Of a DNA stretch of 64,000 nucleotides, positions 1 through 10,324 are shown one piece after another. The stretch lies in sequence record LC819006.1; one strand, 5' to 3'. The position numbers were made by a program, and so were the translations under genes. The notes below the pieces were generated by a model. That model worked only from the letters and a program-made list of their open reading frames with translations, did no database searches and was not told where the DNA came from. Each line of letters opens with the position of its first letter. Position 1 is the stretch's first letter.

Positions 1-110
1 ACCATGGGCGGCGGCAGTTTGTACTTGTTCGAAACGTAAACCAGGTCGCAGAGAATTTCATCCTCCGGACGATCGAAGTCGTATGTCAAGATGAACTGGA
101 AGATCGACAT
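1..110 (-). CDS. 5' part of a hypothetical protein running off the left edge (MSIFQFILTYDFDRPEDEILCDLVY...)
   Basis: ATG at 110 preceded by GGAG on the minus strand; frame open to the window edge; not in the ORF track. Confidence 0.55.
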   Translation of the reverse strand, partial: MSIFQFILTYDFDRPEDEILCDLVYVSNKYKLPPPM

Positions 111-223
111 ATGACTCCGTTCTGGGTTAAAAAATCAAAAAAAAATATACTCGGCTCAAACGATTAATACCGCAGACATACTATCCGGGACTTCGGTCCC
201 GGATAGTATTCATGCAGTTTTAC

Positions 224-565
224 TTAGCGGGAATGCGCCATCGTCCGATGCACAGGACGCACTGGCGCGAGGCCGGCATACGAATACAGATGCGTCGGAT
301 CGATTCCTGCCATCTTGGCGTGGTGGAACAGTTCCGCGATCACTTCCGGACTCATCTTCGGAGCGTGGGTATGGCCCTTGAAGAAGAACGAGATGGTGAT
401 CGGATTGCGTGCACCTTCCTTGAGCCAGGTGCCGACGATCGCGCCATGTTCGCCCTTGCCTGCTGCTTCCGGTCCGAACAGAACTTCGTACTTGTTTTGA
501 CGGTCGGTGTTGATGAAACCCAGTGCGCCCAGAATCTTTTTCATTTGGAATATCCTTTCAATCAT
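224..565 (-). CDS. hypothetical protein, 113 aa
   Basis: ORF co-oriented with its neighbours; TTTAAAATG start context also seen at other genes here. Confidence 0.65.
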   Translation of the reverse strand: MIERIFQMKKILGALGFINTDRQNKYEVLFGPEAAGKGEHGAIVGTWLKEGARNPITISFFFKGHTHAPKMSPEVIAELFHHAKMAGIDPTHLYSYAGLAPVRPVHRTMAHSR

Positions 566-602
566 TTTAAAAGTAGGGGACCGTAGTCCCCAGGTATACT
601 AC

Positions 603-977
603 TTACGACGCGACGTTGCCGTCCTTGTCGTAATACTGCGCCCGTGGATGACCCTTGAAAGTCACCCACCAACCAGGTTTATCATCCCTGGCGTACGGAG
701 CCAGATTCTCCTGTTCGATATCCACGAACTTGAGAACCTCTTCCAGATCCCGAGCCTTGAAGATCGGAATCCACTCACTGGTCGTATACAGATACTGCCA
801 GACAGTATCCTTCAGACCAGGCAGAGCCAGCATCTGCTCGATCGTCAGGTCACTGTCCTGGATCGTAGCTGTCTGGCCCTGATACTCAAACTGCAGGAAT
901 GCTGAATCCTGCAAGATGAGATCGTTCTGTACCTGCTCAAGGGTATAGAACGCATTCATACGCGGCTTTTGGCGCAT
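603..977 (-). CDS. hypothetical protein, 124 aa
   Basis: GGAG RBS upstream; compact tandem arrangement. Confidence 0.7.
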   Translation of the reverse strand: MRQKPRMNAFYTLEQVQNDLILQDSAFLQFEYQGQTATIQDSDLTIEQMLALPGLKDTVWQYLYTTSEWIPIFKARDLEEVLKFVDIEQENLAPYARDDKPGWWVTFKGHPRAQYYDKDGNVAS

Positions 978-1042
978 GGTGTTACTCTCCTAAAAAGGTT
1001 TTAAGCAGAGGGCGGAATTGCCCTCCATTTTGGTCCAGCTGT

Positions 1043-1531
1043 TTACATCCCGTACTTCACGAGGAAGTCGTCGAACTTCGTGTAGAACTCACTGCGAGTC
1101 ATAACCTCGCCGTGGAACTCACGATTGGCGATCCGTAGTTCTGATTCGACCCGATACGCTTGCAGCATGACTTCAGCAATCATGCATTCAACACGACGTG
1201 CGAAGTCCCTGGTATATGGAGCATCGAAGCCGAAGTGACTCAGCACCGCCAGGTAAGCATTGACTTCGATCGAGTCATTGAACCTGTCGTATCTGAAATC
1301 GCCATTTTCAGCCTGCCCGATGAAGCGACTCGACATCAGCCACTTGTCGACTGTAACCGTAGCCAGTTCGAACGACTTGCGGTCTTCATTCGATTCCGCG
1401 AACGGATTGAAACGAAGATCGACCATCTCTTTCGTGTAGTGGCTGCGAGGTTCACGCGCATTCATTGTGCGTAGAACTTCACCGTCGTAAACAACGTGGA
1501 CCACGTACTTCTTATCCATTACAAACTCCAT
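1043..1531 (-). CDS. hypothetical protein, 162 aa, probably early
   Basis: ORF lies just downstream of the ATATAT promoter-like motif at 1575-1584. Confidence 0.7.
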   Translation of the reverse strand: MEFVMDKKYVVHVVYDGEVLRTMNAREPRSHYTKEMVDLRFNPFAESNEDRKSFELATVTVDKWLMSSRFIGQAENGDFRYDRFNDSIEVNAYLAVLSHFGFDAPYTRDFARRVECMIAEVMLQAYRVESELRIANREFHGEVMTRSEFYTKFDDFLVKYGM

Positions 1532-1574
1532 TGTAAAAGGAAGTTCAAAGCCTTTGATTGGCTTTATCCTTTTC

Positions 1575-1584
1575 GTTATATATC
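1575..1584 (-). promoter_or_regulatory. putative early (virion RNAP) promoter core GATATATAAC
   Basis: One of seven similar AT-rich motifs upstream of minus-strand operons; resembles the phiKZ early consensus TATATTAC. Confidence 0.55.
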
Positions 1585-1647
1585 TTTGAAAAAATCTACA
1601 AAGGCAAATGACGAGGATAGGGCTTTCGCCCTATCCTCGTCTTTCGT

Positions 1648-3030
1648 TTAGTCCAATCCTGTCAGACCAGCCTGATTGGGATCATCCGCTTTCACGAAGA
1701 TCACCATTGCGACGAATGAACGATAACCATTTGCCATCAGGCCCTTGCCGTTCATCTTGGTTTGGATATGCGCTTTCAACAACACGCCATTGACTTCTTT
1801 CACTTCACCCTGATCGAGGAACATGATCTTCACGTTCAGACCAGGCTTGATGATTTCGGGATTAGCGTTTTCCCATTCGAGCGTGTAGAAATGTCCTTGT
1901 CCACGAGCCAAACGAGAAGTCGCCAGATACGGATTTGCCGTAATCCCTTCAGGCGAGAGTCGAACATTGTTCTTTCCGTTAGGAGCTTGCTCACCAACGA
2001 ATTCACTGTTGTTCTGACTACGCCTAGCCAACGCAGTATTATTGCCGCCTTTGGAGAAGCCTTGGACGATCTGATTGGCATCTGCGAACATGACACCATT
2101 ACCAGCATTGTCCTGAATCTGACTCTTGTCAGATTCGATCTTCTTGTTACCCGTCGACAGGATGGTCGTGATGCCATTTTGCGTAAGGTAAGTCTTCTCA
2201 ACCTGGGGAAAGCGCTTGGCAGGAACTGAGATGATGATCAGCTTTTCCTTTGCCTCATCAAAGCCTGCCGTGTCATACGGCGGATACACGTACCAGATAC
2301 GCTCATGAACAAACTGAGCCATACCGGTCGGAAAGATACCGCCGCACTTGGTTTGAACGTAATCTGCCAGATCCGAGAGCATGACGCCGTGATCGATTAC
2401 GACCTGGCTTTGCTTATCGGTAGCTGCTGACGGATGCATGTTCACGCCCAGGAGCTTATTGTCGTCATCGACTTCCAGCTGACCGCAGTTCATCGTGATC
2501 AGGTGCTTGACGAGATCTGCATTGGTCGTGTTGGTAAAGTTACCACCCACACTCACTTTACTGATGTCATCAAGCAACTTGGGTTTTAGCTGAATATCGA
2601 CTTCAACGAAGTCAAGCAGGTTCTGAACCTCTCGACTCAAATTCTCGTTGTTGTTATCTTCCGACATGAAGGGACGAGCCTTCGGATCGATAGACACATT
2701 AAACGTTTCGACAGTCACCGATCCAGCAGCATCGGATTTGTCGTAACTGGTAGGATTGAGTAATTCTGTTTTCAGAATGAACTCAAGATTACCCTTGGCC
2801 GGATAAACGAAAGCCGTGTAGTCACCCAACATCATGACCACACGAATCATCTTCACCGCACCATAGTTCAGTTCGTAGTCGGCATGTTCGTCGATGTCCG
2901 TAATCTTGATCACGTCATACGTTTGCGTGCCAACCTTGAACTGTCCCGTATAGCTGTAGAAGTTAGGCTGGAAGCTGGATTTCAATACCCGCTGGATATC
3001 AAAGTCCAATGGAGAGCTGTCGATGTTCAT
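1648..3030 (-). CDS. virion tail/baseplate hub-like protein (phiKZ gp101 position)
   Basis: 460 aa, beta-rich; last gene of the conserved phiKZ-like virion block by gene order. Confidence 0.6.
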   Translation of the reverse strand: MNIDSSPLDFDIQRVLKSSFQPNFYSYTGQFKVGTQTYDVIKITDIDEHADYELNYGAVKMIRVVMMLGDYTAFVYPAKGNLEFILKTELLNPTSYDKSDAAGSVTVETFNVSIDPKARPFMSEDNNNENLSREVQNLLDFVEVDIQLKPKLLDDISKVSVGGNFTNTTNADLVKHLITMNCGQLEVDDDNKLLGVNMHPSAATDKQSQVVIDHGVMLSDLADYVQTKCGGIFPTGMAQFVHERIWYVYPPYDTAGFDEAKEKLIIISVPAKRFPQVEKTYLTQNGITTILSTGNKKIESDKSQIQDNAGNGVMFADANQIVQGFSKGGNNTALARRSQNNSEFVGEQAPNGKNNVRLSPEGITANPYLATSRLARGQGHFYTLEWENANPEIIKPGLNVKIMFLDQGEVKEVNGVLLKAHIQTKMNGKGLMANGYRSFVAMVIFVKADDPNQAGLTGLD

Positions 3031-3731
3031 TGAATACGTCCGTGAATACCTGAACGATCCATGTACGACAGGAAGATGTCACGCATGGATGGACGCTCCG
3101 GCAACTTCTTCTCTTCCACATTTTCCGGCTTGGGCTGATCGGTAACCGGTACTGTCGAGTACTTGTTGCGAACGGTGTACTGATCCTGCTTTGCCTTGCC
3201 TCGATCCCTGACGCGTTTGTCGACTGCATCGAACATTGCGTTGAGATTGACGATTTCTCTTTGAAGACCTTCCGGAATGAACGTGCGAGCAAACTCTTCG
3301 CCATACTCGTGACCAGCGTACTGATACACGGCTTCAGCGAATTCGTCGATCTGAACGAGATCTTCAAACGGCACATTGTGGTTGAACACAGTCGACTGGA
3401 TGCGTTTAGCCCAATCGAACGTATAGTCCTGGCAGATCTCGTAGATCGCTTTCGTATCGTCACGCTTAACGATACTGACCATTGTGTGTTCGTGATAGTA
3501 CTCCACCATCTGAGCGATGGGGATGTACACGGGAGCCTGTTGCTTCATGAGCTCCCGGTCTACGTTTTGATTACCCGATGTGTGCAGGCCGTAGCGTTCA
3601 AGGTACGCCGTACCAAAACGAGCAATACGAGGTACCTTGCACAACCAGACCCGCCCCCACAACGGATACCGAGGATCATCGAAAGGGATGCTACTCGGGT
3701 TAGGTGCGGGGCGTTTCTTTTGTTCCGTCAT
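3027..3731 (-). CDS. conserved phiKZ-like protein (gp100 position)
   Basis: 234 aa; 4-bp overlaps with both neighbours (translational coupling). Confidence 0.6.
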   Translation of the reverse strand: MTEQKKRPAPNPSSIPFDDPRYPLWGRVWLCKVPRIARFGTAYLERYGLHTSGNQNVDRELMKQQAPVYIPIAQMVEYYHEHTMVSIVKRDDTKAIYEICQDYTFDWAKRIQSTVFNHNVPFEDLVQIDEFAEAVYQYAGHEYGEEFARTFIPEGLQREIVNLNAMFDAVDKRVRDRGKAKQDQYTVRNKYSTVPVTDQPKPENVEEKKLPERPSMRDIFLSYMDRSGIHGRIQ

Positions 3732-5077
3732 AGCCTTCTGAGGTTGTACTTGATCAGCAACAGGAGAAGCGGAATGTAGTAAAACCGTTCCACATGTCCC
3801 CAGTTGAGAATGTCGTCACACACTTTCAGAATATCGCCAGCGGCGATAATTTTAAAGTCGATGTAATCCAGCAGCAAACTTTCGAGCAACGACAGATTCG
3901 TGTTGTCGCGCGTATAGAAGGCGCTGGAGAGGACGTAGCCGTTGTCCATGTCGATGGGCTTGATGATGGGCATCGGAGCGATGGAGCCATCCGTAGGCGG
4001 CGTGGGAGGCACGTACGCAGGCATTGTCGACTTGATGTTGACTGGAAGCAGAGGTTTCTGGATTTCCTTGGCCATCATGAAGTCAACGTTCGTCTTCGGA
4101 TCGACCGGATACACGACCTGAGCAATGCCCGAGTAGCGCATCGAAGCGAGAAGTGCCGAACGATGGAAATTCACCCGTGACGTCACGCCGGTCTTCGTGT
4201 AGATGAAGTTCATCAACTTCGGATCGCGATTGGAGAGCATCGTCCACAGACTCATGGACGAAATCGCGCCATCGTCCCCGATGTTCAATTCACGAATCGA
4301 CTGGATATGAACATCGTCGAACGAGTTCATGATCGACTTGACGAAATCGACCAGTCCATGATCGTAAGTCGGCACGTCTTGCATCGGAACGACAATCGTC
4401 ATGTACTCGCGACTGAAGTACTGGTTGAAGTACAGCTGGATGTAGTCGTACCAGTAGCCAGCCAGCTTCTTGCTGTTCTGATAGTCGTCCTCAACGAGCA
4501 AGGGATTCTGCAGGTTCAGCAGGAAGTCCTTGACGAAGTAGTACGTGACGATAGTCTTCTGATCCAGGTCGAAGATACGAGCCTGATCATTGATCGCAAT
4601 CAGCTGATATTCGATCTGGTGGGCATGGTCCACGAAGATCTGCATCGCCTGCACTTTCGTGACCTTGAAGATACCTTCACGACCATCAGCAATGCCGGCG
4701 CGGAACATGTCACCTTCCTGAGGCACCAGGAAAGGATAGACGTTCGCCATACCCTGCATCGTCATTTCATTGGTTTGCGGATCTTGAGAAACCTGCGTCA
4801 AGTCCTGAGTCACTTTCAGTTCCATCGACCAGATGCGACGGTACTGTTGGAGAACAGCAGGCAAGGACGTATCCTGGCCTTTGATCTCACTATTCTTGTC
4901 GAGGATCTGTGAGTAGTAATCCACTACCCACGGCGAGCCTTCGATATACGCAAGCAGATCGCTCTGAGGCGTATATTCGGTATCGATGACAGCGGTCTTC
5001 ACACCCGGCTTGAAAGGACGGACAATGTCCTGCCTGGGCTGTGTGGGAGCGTTGTCGAGATCTGTCCAAAGCGGCAT
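3728..5077 (-). CDS. virion structural protein (phiKZ gp99 position)
   Basis: 449 aa; PQEGDMF / GIADGREGIFKV segment of the type seen in phiKZ-like virion proteins; gene order. Confidence 0.6.
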   Translation of the reverse strand: MPLWTDLDNAPTQPRQDIVRPFKPGVKTAVIDTEYTPQSDLLAYIEGSPWVVDYYSQILDKNSEIKGQDTSLPAVLQQYRRIWSMELKVTQDLTQVSQDPQTNEMTMQGMANVYPFLVPQEGDMFRAGIADGREGIFKVTKVQAMQIFVDHAHQIEYQLIAINDQARIFDLDQKTIVTYYFVKDFLLNLQNPLLVEDDYQNSKKLAGYWYDYIQLYFNQYFSREYMTIVVPMQDVPTYDHGLVDFVKSIMNSFDDVHIQSIRELNIGDDGAISSMSLWTMLSNRDPKLMNFIYTKTGVTSRVNFHRSALLASMRYSGIAQVVYPVDPKTNVDFMMAKEIQKPLLPVNIKSTMPAYVPPTPPTDGSIAPMPIIKPIDMDNGYVLSSAFYTRDNTNLSLLESLLLDYIDFKIIAAGDILKVCDDILNWGHVERFYYIPLLLLLIKYNLRRL

Positions 5078-5086
5078 TGCGTCCTC

Positions 5087-6652
5087 TTATTTCTTCGATT
5101 GGAACACGCCATTGACGGTGCTGAACTGCACGGTCTTCATGGCACGATTGATGGTTCGGCCTTTGAGGCATTCAGCGAATGCATCGTAGGTACGCGGCGT
5201 CAAGCCGTTAGCGATGATGTTGTCGCACGGACGATAGTTACCGGCGGTCGTCGGTGCAATGTACTGAACGATCTGATCGAACGCACAGCGGGCATTGCGA
5301 AGACGAGCTTTCGCATCTTCCGTGATGTAGGTCAGGTCAGTGGTCACCGAAATACGCAGATGCCAGACCTTACGCTTATTGAGAGGTTGAGTCGAATAGA
5401 TGTTCAGATTCTCATCCATGCGAATCCAGGTAGGATCTACCAGCAGTCGACCCATGTAAAGGGCCACGTTCACGGCAGACTGACGAGGCTTTGTCACGTA
5501 CTGGGCTTCCGATGCCATGAATTGCTTCATGCAGTCACTGAACTGGAAACCATACGAATCCGCTTCGAGATCCGTCAGGTTCATGAGCAGGTTCGGATCC
5601 ATTCCCGCCGCCACCTGATCGTCAGTCGGCAACAGAACGAGAGTCGTGACCATGCGCATCGTTCTCTCAGGAACATTGCGAGGCATAAACTCATCGAAGG
5701 TCGGGAAGTAACGACCCGGGAAATCCTGATAGACAGGATTCACGTTCTGCATCGACTCGAACGATTTCAGGTGCGCCATCGACCAGCTACGCGATTGCTG
5801 GTGATCTTGCAAACGCTGAAAGCCTGTTTCGTTTCGGAACTTCTTGCTCAGGATCTGATTGTGAATCGAGATCGGATACATGAAGTGAATGTCCTTCGGC
5901 TTCTCGTAACGCAGCACGTAAGGAATTTCCACTTCCCACACATCCGTCTCATCTTTACGCTGACCGAAGTCAGGCTCAGAGCCGATGTCAAAGAAGCCAA
6001 GACAACGCATCTGGGTTTCCTTGAAGACACCCAATGTGTTCTTTCCTGCCTGATCCGTCAATAGACCATAGCGGGGATTGACCCATTTCTGGAAGAACGT
6101 GTCAAAGTCCTCACCATAGCCTGCTACAGCTTCCTGGAGGCGATGGATCTCTCTGAGGATGACCATGTAGGACTCCGGCATCGCAAACGAATACTGAAGC
6201 GTATGGAGCCACGTATCCTCACGATTGGGGATCTTCATGATCATGTAATCGTACCAGCGACGAGCATCCGTCTTGTTCTTGGCACGATAGTGGATCGTGA
6301 ACTTCATTTCCACCGATGCATAAATCGGACGCATCTCGATTTCGAGGTCACGATTCAGAAAGAGCGGAATTTGTTCAGGTTGTTTGGTCACCATTGCAGG
6401 CAGCCAATCATTGACATAGTTCTCCGTGATTTCGATGAAGATCTTGTCAGTCGTCGGCAGGCGAATGGTTTCGTATTTGTTCGAGATGTAGCCATGAGGC
6501 TGAGCGACCGTATCCGCATAACCCGGATAGTTGATATTCATGTCTGCAGGCAGACCGAGTCGATCGATCAGAATTTCCTGGACCGTGGCTACAGCGATGG
6601 CACGACTCACCGACTGATCGGATTCCAGGATAGGTCTTTGAATCTTGGGCAT
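5087..6652 (-). CDS. virion structural protein (phiKZ gp98 position)
   Basis: 521 aa; gene order within the virion block. Confidence 0.6.
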   Translation of the reverse strand: MPKIQRPILESDQSVSRAIAVATVQEILIDRLGLPADMNINYPGYADTVAQPHGYISNKYETIRLPTTDKIFIEITENYVNDWLPAMVTKQPEQIPLFLNRDLEIEMRPIYASVEMKFTIHYRAKNKTDARRWYDYMIMKIPNREDTWLHTLQYSFAMPESYMVILREIHRLQEAVAGYGEDFDTFFQKWVNPRYGLLTDQAGKNTLGVFKETQMRCLGFFDIGSEPDFGQRKDETDVWEVEIPYVLRYEKPKDIHFMYPISIHNQILSKKFRNETGFQRLQDHQQSRSWSMAHLKSFESMQNVNPVYQDFPGRYFPTFDEFMPRNVPERTMRMVTTLVLLPTDDQVAAGMDPNLLMNLTDLEADSYGFQFSDCMKQFMASEAQYVTKPRQSAVNVALYMGRLLVDPTWIRMDENLNIYSTQPLNKRKVWHLRISVTTDLTYITEDAKARLRNARCAFDQIVQYIAPTTAGNYRPCDNIIANGLTPRTYDAFAECLKGRTINRAMKTVQFSTVNGVFQSKK

Positions 6653-6686
6653 AAGTTGTCCAGTGTTGGTTCTATGTCAAAAGATG

Positions 6687-7103
6687 TCACTCGTTTCGCT
6701 GCATGTATTCAGGCAGATCGGGAAACGGCAAGATCTTTCCTTTCAATTCGTGCGAACAGTCGCCCAGGAAATACACTTCTCCCGGTTTAGCTCCGTTGCA
6801 ACCTACCCAGGTATGGCACTGCTGACATTCGAAGTCACGCTCGTCTTCAGGATGCTTCTCATTAAACGTACACCAGCAATCATCCCCAGGTTTGTGGGAA
6901 TCCATGTAATGTCCAGAACGAGTCAGGACGCTCGGACCGAAGACGGGTTTGTTCACGTCTCCATTCCACGTCCAGTTCTGACCCGGAGGACCACCTTGAG
7001 TCGTGATCTGGTGACAAGTCTGACAACCCTGACACCAATAGGTCAAACCACTACGACCGCGATTGTCGGACCAGCTACGAAGTTTTGAAGACAGAAGTCC
7101 CAT
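6687..7103 (-). CDS. DUF6527-like Cys/His metal-binding protein
   Basis: Motifs YWCQGC..CH, WTWNGDVNKPVFGPSVL, CHTWV, FLGDCSHEL; start moved to MGLL, which has a GAG RBS. Confidence 0.65.
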   Translation of the reverse strand: MGLLSSKLRSWSDNRGRSGLTYWCQGCQTCHQITTQGGPPGQNWTWNGDVNKPVFGPSVLTRSGHYMDSHKPGDDCWCTFNEKHPEDERDFECQQCHTWVGCNGAKPGEVYFLGDCSHELKGKILPFPDLPEYMQRNE

Positions 7104-7178
7104 GATGTTCTCAATAAAGATTAACCAAAGGATCAACACTACCAGTAGCCTTTCGGCTACTGGTAGAGGATCTGCTGT

Positions 7179-7457
7179 TTAGTCGTCGTGACCACGAGTA
7201 CGTTCGCGGAAGGAACTGTGTCCCGTCATGCGGGCTTTCAGATCCTTGTTGCTGCTGCTGCCCGTACCGTAAGCATCGTTGATGGTCCTGACTGCACGTA
7301 CGGCCGCATGGCCGACGTTCTTGGCCGAGCCCACCACTGCTTCCTTGACGTCATGCGCGGCGTTCTTCACACCTTGCTTGGCGTTTTCCTTGGTGTCCTG
7401 CCACGAGCTCAAGGAAACCTGGCTCTTACGCGGTTTGTCGATCTGATAGAAGCCCAT
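7179..7457 (-). CDS. small basic hypothetical protein, 92 aa
   Basis: Starts 2 bp after the upstream stop; followed by a hairpin at 7141-7164. Confidence 0.55.
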   Translation of the reverse strand: MGFYQIDKPRKSQVSLSSWQDTKENAKQGVKNAAHDVKEAVVGSAKNVGHAAVRAVRTINDAYGTGSSSNKDLKARMTGHSSFRERTRGHDD

Positions 7458-7459
7458 GA

Positions 7460-8770
7460 TCAGTGTCCGTCCTTCTTCAAGTCAACGTGGTTGCCGCTAC
7501 GGTTGTTGAAAGCCAACACGTATTGGGCAAGATTGATGAACGAGTTCACCACCCCATCCACCAGGCCGTAATACATCAGAGCAGGCTGGTCCATCGTCTT
7601 CTGGAAGAACTTCAGATCGTAAAGCATGATGTCACGGTCGTTCTTCTTCTCTTTGGTGGAGAAGAGGTTTGCGCCGATCTTCTTGATCTTGGCTTCCATG
7701 CCCTTGATGAATGCTTCCTTGTCAACCTGATACTGCTTGACCTTATCTGCGCACGCTTTCAGCTGCGAGTTCAGATACTGGATGTTTTCGATGAGTTTGT
7801 CGGGATTGGCGAAATCGCCTTCGAGCACAGCGTACTTGTTCAAGTTGATGATGCCTTCGACTTTCGTCTTCTGGATCTTCAGGCCGTCGACCCAACGCAA
7901 GTTCTGCTTCATCACGTCATCGCTCTTCGCATCGTACTTCGGAGGCGGGAGCATCTGAACAGTCACGAAAGTGTTGTCGCCGAATTCTTCCGACGCATAC
8001 ACCTTGAGTTCACCATTCTTGCCGCGAGCAGCAGTGAGGACTTTACCCTCACGAGTTTCTTCGAACGGAACCGGCATCGAGTCGTCCGTCGGCTTATCGC
8101 CAAGCATGCTTTCTTTGGCCTTGCGGTTCATCTCGTGCTGGGCACCAAACACCTTCAGCATTTCAGAACCGATCTTGCCGAGGTACGGACCATCCATGAT
8201 GCCGTGAGTGGTCACGATATGCTTGAGGATCTCCGGCTTGGACAAATCGCACTTGGTGTAGAAGCCATTGGAGCCGATCGGATACGGACCATCTTTCTTC
8301 TGCTCGTCGGTCTTTTTCTCGTTAGCAGCTTTGACTTCTTCAGCTTTGTGCTTCAGATCGGCAGTCTTTTCTTCGTGGTCCTTGTTGCGCGTGAAGATGC
8401 GCTTGATCAGGCCCCACACCCACTGGAACGCTTTCTTGATCGCATTGATGATCGACATGAAAACGTTTTTGATTCCTTCACCGAATCCTTCGAGAGCGGC
8501 ATGACTGATGTCGTGCGTCTTGAAGGACTGCAAATCGGGAATCACTTTGTTCGGTTCACCGCCGATGCGACCCAGACGCAGGAAGCATTCAACGGAGTGC
8601 TGGACGAGTTTGTACGCTGTCTCATCGAGTCCCTTATCGCCGTCGGTCATCAGTTCCTGGGTATACGTGAGACTTTCCAGAGTCTGAATAGCCGTTTCGA
8701 CTTTCTCGTTATCGTGAGCATAAGCCTGGAGGTCCAGATCCAAGCTGTCGCTATAGGTGAGTGAGCTCAT
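7460..8770 (-). CDS. internal head protein of the phiKZ gp93-gp97 family, with propeptide
   Basis: Acidic N-terminus, then AALE-G site, then amphipathic helix KNVFMSIINAIKKAFQWVWGLIKRIF. Confidence 0.7.
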   Translation of the reverse strand: MSSLTYSDSLDLDLQAYAHDNEKVETAIQTLESLTYTQELMTDGDKGLDETAYKLVQHSVECFLRLGRIGGEPNKVIPDLQSFKTHDISHAALEGFGEGIKNVFMSIINAIKKAFQWVWGLIKRIFTRNKDHEEKTADLKHKAEEVKAANEKKTDEQKKDGPYPIGSNGFYTKCDLSKPEILKHIVTTHGIMDGPYLGKIGSEMLKVFGAQHEMNRKAKESMLGDKPTDDSMPVPFEETREGKVLTAARGKNGELKVYASEEFGDNTFVTVQMLPPPKYDAKSDDVMKQNLRWVDGLKIQKTKVEGIINLNKYAVLEGDFANPDKLIENIQYLNSQLKACADKVKQYQVDKEAFIKGMEAKIKKIGANLFSTKEKKNDRDIMLYDLKFFQKTMDQPALMYYGLVDGVVNSFINLAQYVLAFNNRSGNHVDLKKDGH

Positions 8771-8875
8771 CGGATTCCTTAATTAGACGTCATAAGAGAA
8801 TACTCAGGAGCCCGAAGGCTCCCGAGTATTCCCAGTGACAACTAACCGAAGTCAGTTACCGGCACGAAACGAGGA

Positions 8876-10192
8876 TTACTCCTTGTTTTCGTACTGGCGT
8901 GCCGACAGTTCAGCGTACTGCAGCGATGCGCTCATGCCGCGGATCGAGTGCGAAGCGAACGAAGCCGCCGGCTCGTCCATCAGCTTGCGGAACAGCGTTG
9001 CCGAAGCCTTCGCCTTCTTCTCGGCGTCGCCCTTCGAATCGCCGCCTTCGCGCGATTGACCGGCCGCGAACTTTTCGAGCTTCGCGATGAACTTCGCCTT
9101 GTTGTTGTTGATGTCGGTGAGGTTGCGCTTGTACTCGCTCACTTCACCGGCGAACTTCTCGATCGCTTCCGCGAAGCCGCGGATTTCGTCCGGCGTCAGG
9201 ACCTTCAGCGTCTTGCCTTCGTCCTTCTTGTCGGACAGCGAGACCGAGCCGGCCTTGACCTTGTTCGCAGCTTCTTGAGCAGCCTTCACGTCGGCGCCGC
9301 CTTGTGCCTTCGGCACTGCGATGTACACGACGGATTCGCCCGGGAAGCGCGAGGTCACGAACACAGCGACGTCGCTTTCAGCCGTCACGCGCTTGGCCGT
9401 ACCGGCGTCAGCTTGCTTCAGGCCGTATTCGGCCGGCGACACGCCTTCCGTACGATCGTTCGCGAGGTCCGTTGCCTTGCCGAAGACGTCCGAGAACGCC
9501 TTTTGCTGGCTGAACAGCTTCTTCGCTTCAGCAGCCAGACCTTGCAGGTCGGCGGTCTTGACCGGCTGGCCGTTCACGCGCACGCTGTTGTACAGCGAGT
9601 CGTTTTCGAGGTTCGGCTCGGTAGCCTGGCCCGACAGCTTCGTGGTCGATTCCTTCAGCTTCTGAGCGCGCGATTGCAGACGCTCGGCCGCGCCGAAGAT
9701 CTTGTTGAAGAAGTTGCGGACCCACTCGATCGACTTCTTGATCGCGTCGACGATCGATTGCCAGATCTTCTTGGCGGAGATTTCGAGCGCTTCGACCGTG
9801 GCCTTGCCCAGTGCCGCGCGGTTCGTGCGCGTACGGAACGATTCCGACGACGGGATGCCGAGTTGCTTGTACGTCACGCCGATGCGTGCGACCTTGAGCA
9901 GCGTTTCGACGGACGTTTCGATGATCTCGGCCGTGTTCTCGTCGATGCCTTCGCCTTCGTTCGCTTCCGCGACTTGTTCGGCGATGGTTTCCAGGCCGTC
10001 GGCTGCAACAGCAGCTGCGTCGATCTGGTCGTTGCCCGTGTTGATCGCTGCTTCGTCGGCGTTGATTTCGCTGACGGCCGATGCCAGGGTGTTGGTTTCG
10101 TCCGGAGCGATTGCGTCAGCGCCGGTCATGGTGTCTGCGGCGTCGAAGTTTTCGTTCGAGTGCAGGATGCCGCTTTGCGGAAGGAAAGACAT
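8876..10192 (-). CDS. abundant internal head protein of the phiKZ gp93-gp97 family, with propeptide
   Basis: Acidic Ala-rich N-terminus, EALE site, helix KKIWQSIVDAIKKSIEWVRNFFNKIFG; strongly biased codon usage. Confidence 0.72.
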   Translation of the reverse strand: MSFLPQSGILHSNENFDAADTMTGADAIAPDETNTLASAVSEINADEAAINTGNDQIDAAAVAADGLETIAEQVAEANEGEGIDENTAEIIETSVETLLKVARIGVTYKQLGIPSSESFRTRTNRAALGKATVEALEISAKKIWQSIVDAIKKSIEWVRNFFNKIFGAAERLQSRAQKLKESTTKLSGQATEPNLENDSLYNSVRVNGQPVKTADLQGLAAEAKKLFSQQKAFSDVFGKATDLANDRTEGVSPAEYGLKQADAGTAKRVTAESDVAVFVTSRFPGESVVYIAVPKAQGGADVKAAQEAANKVKAGSVSLSDKKDEGKTLKVLTPDEIRGFAEAIEKFAGEVSEYKRNLTDINNNKAKFIAKLEKFAAGQSREGGDSKGDAEKKAKASATLFRKLMDEPAASFASHSIRGMSASLQYAELSARQYENKE

Positions 10193-10324
10193 GTTGGATT
10201 ACTCCATTGCAATGAAGGTTACTAAGAGGCCCTTAGTTTAAAACACCTACTCTCGTAGGATCCTGAAAAACGTGCATTCTAAACTATATGCCTAAAATAC
10301 ACGTTTTAGTTTCTCACCAAACAA

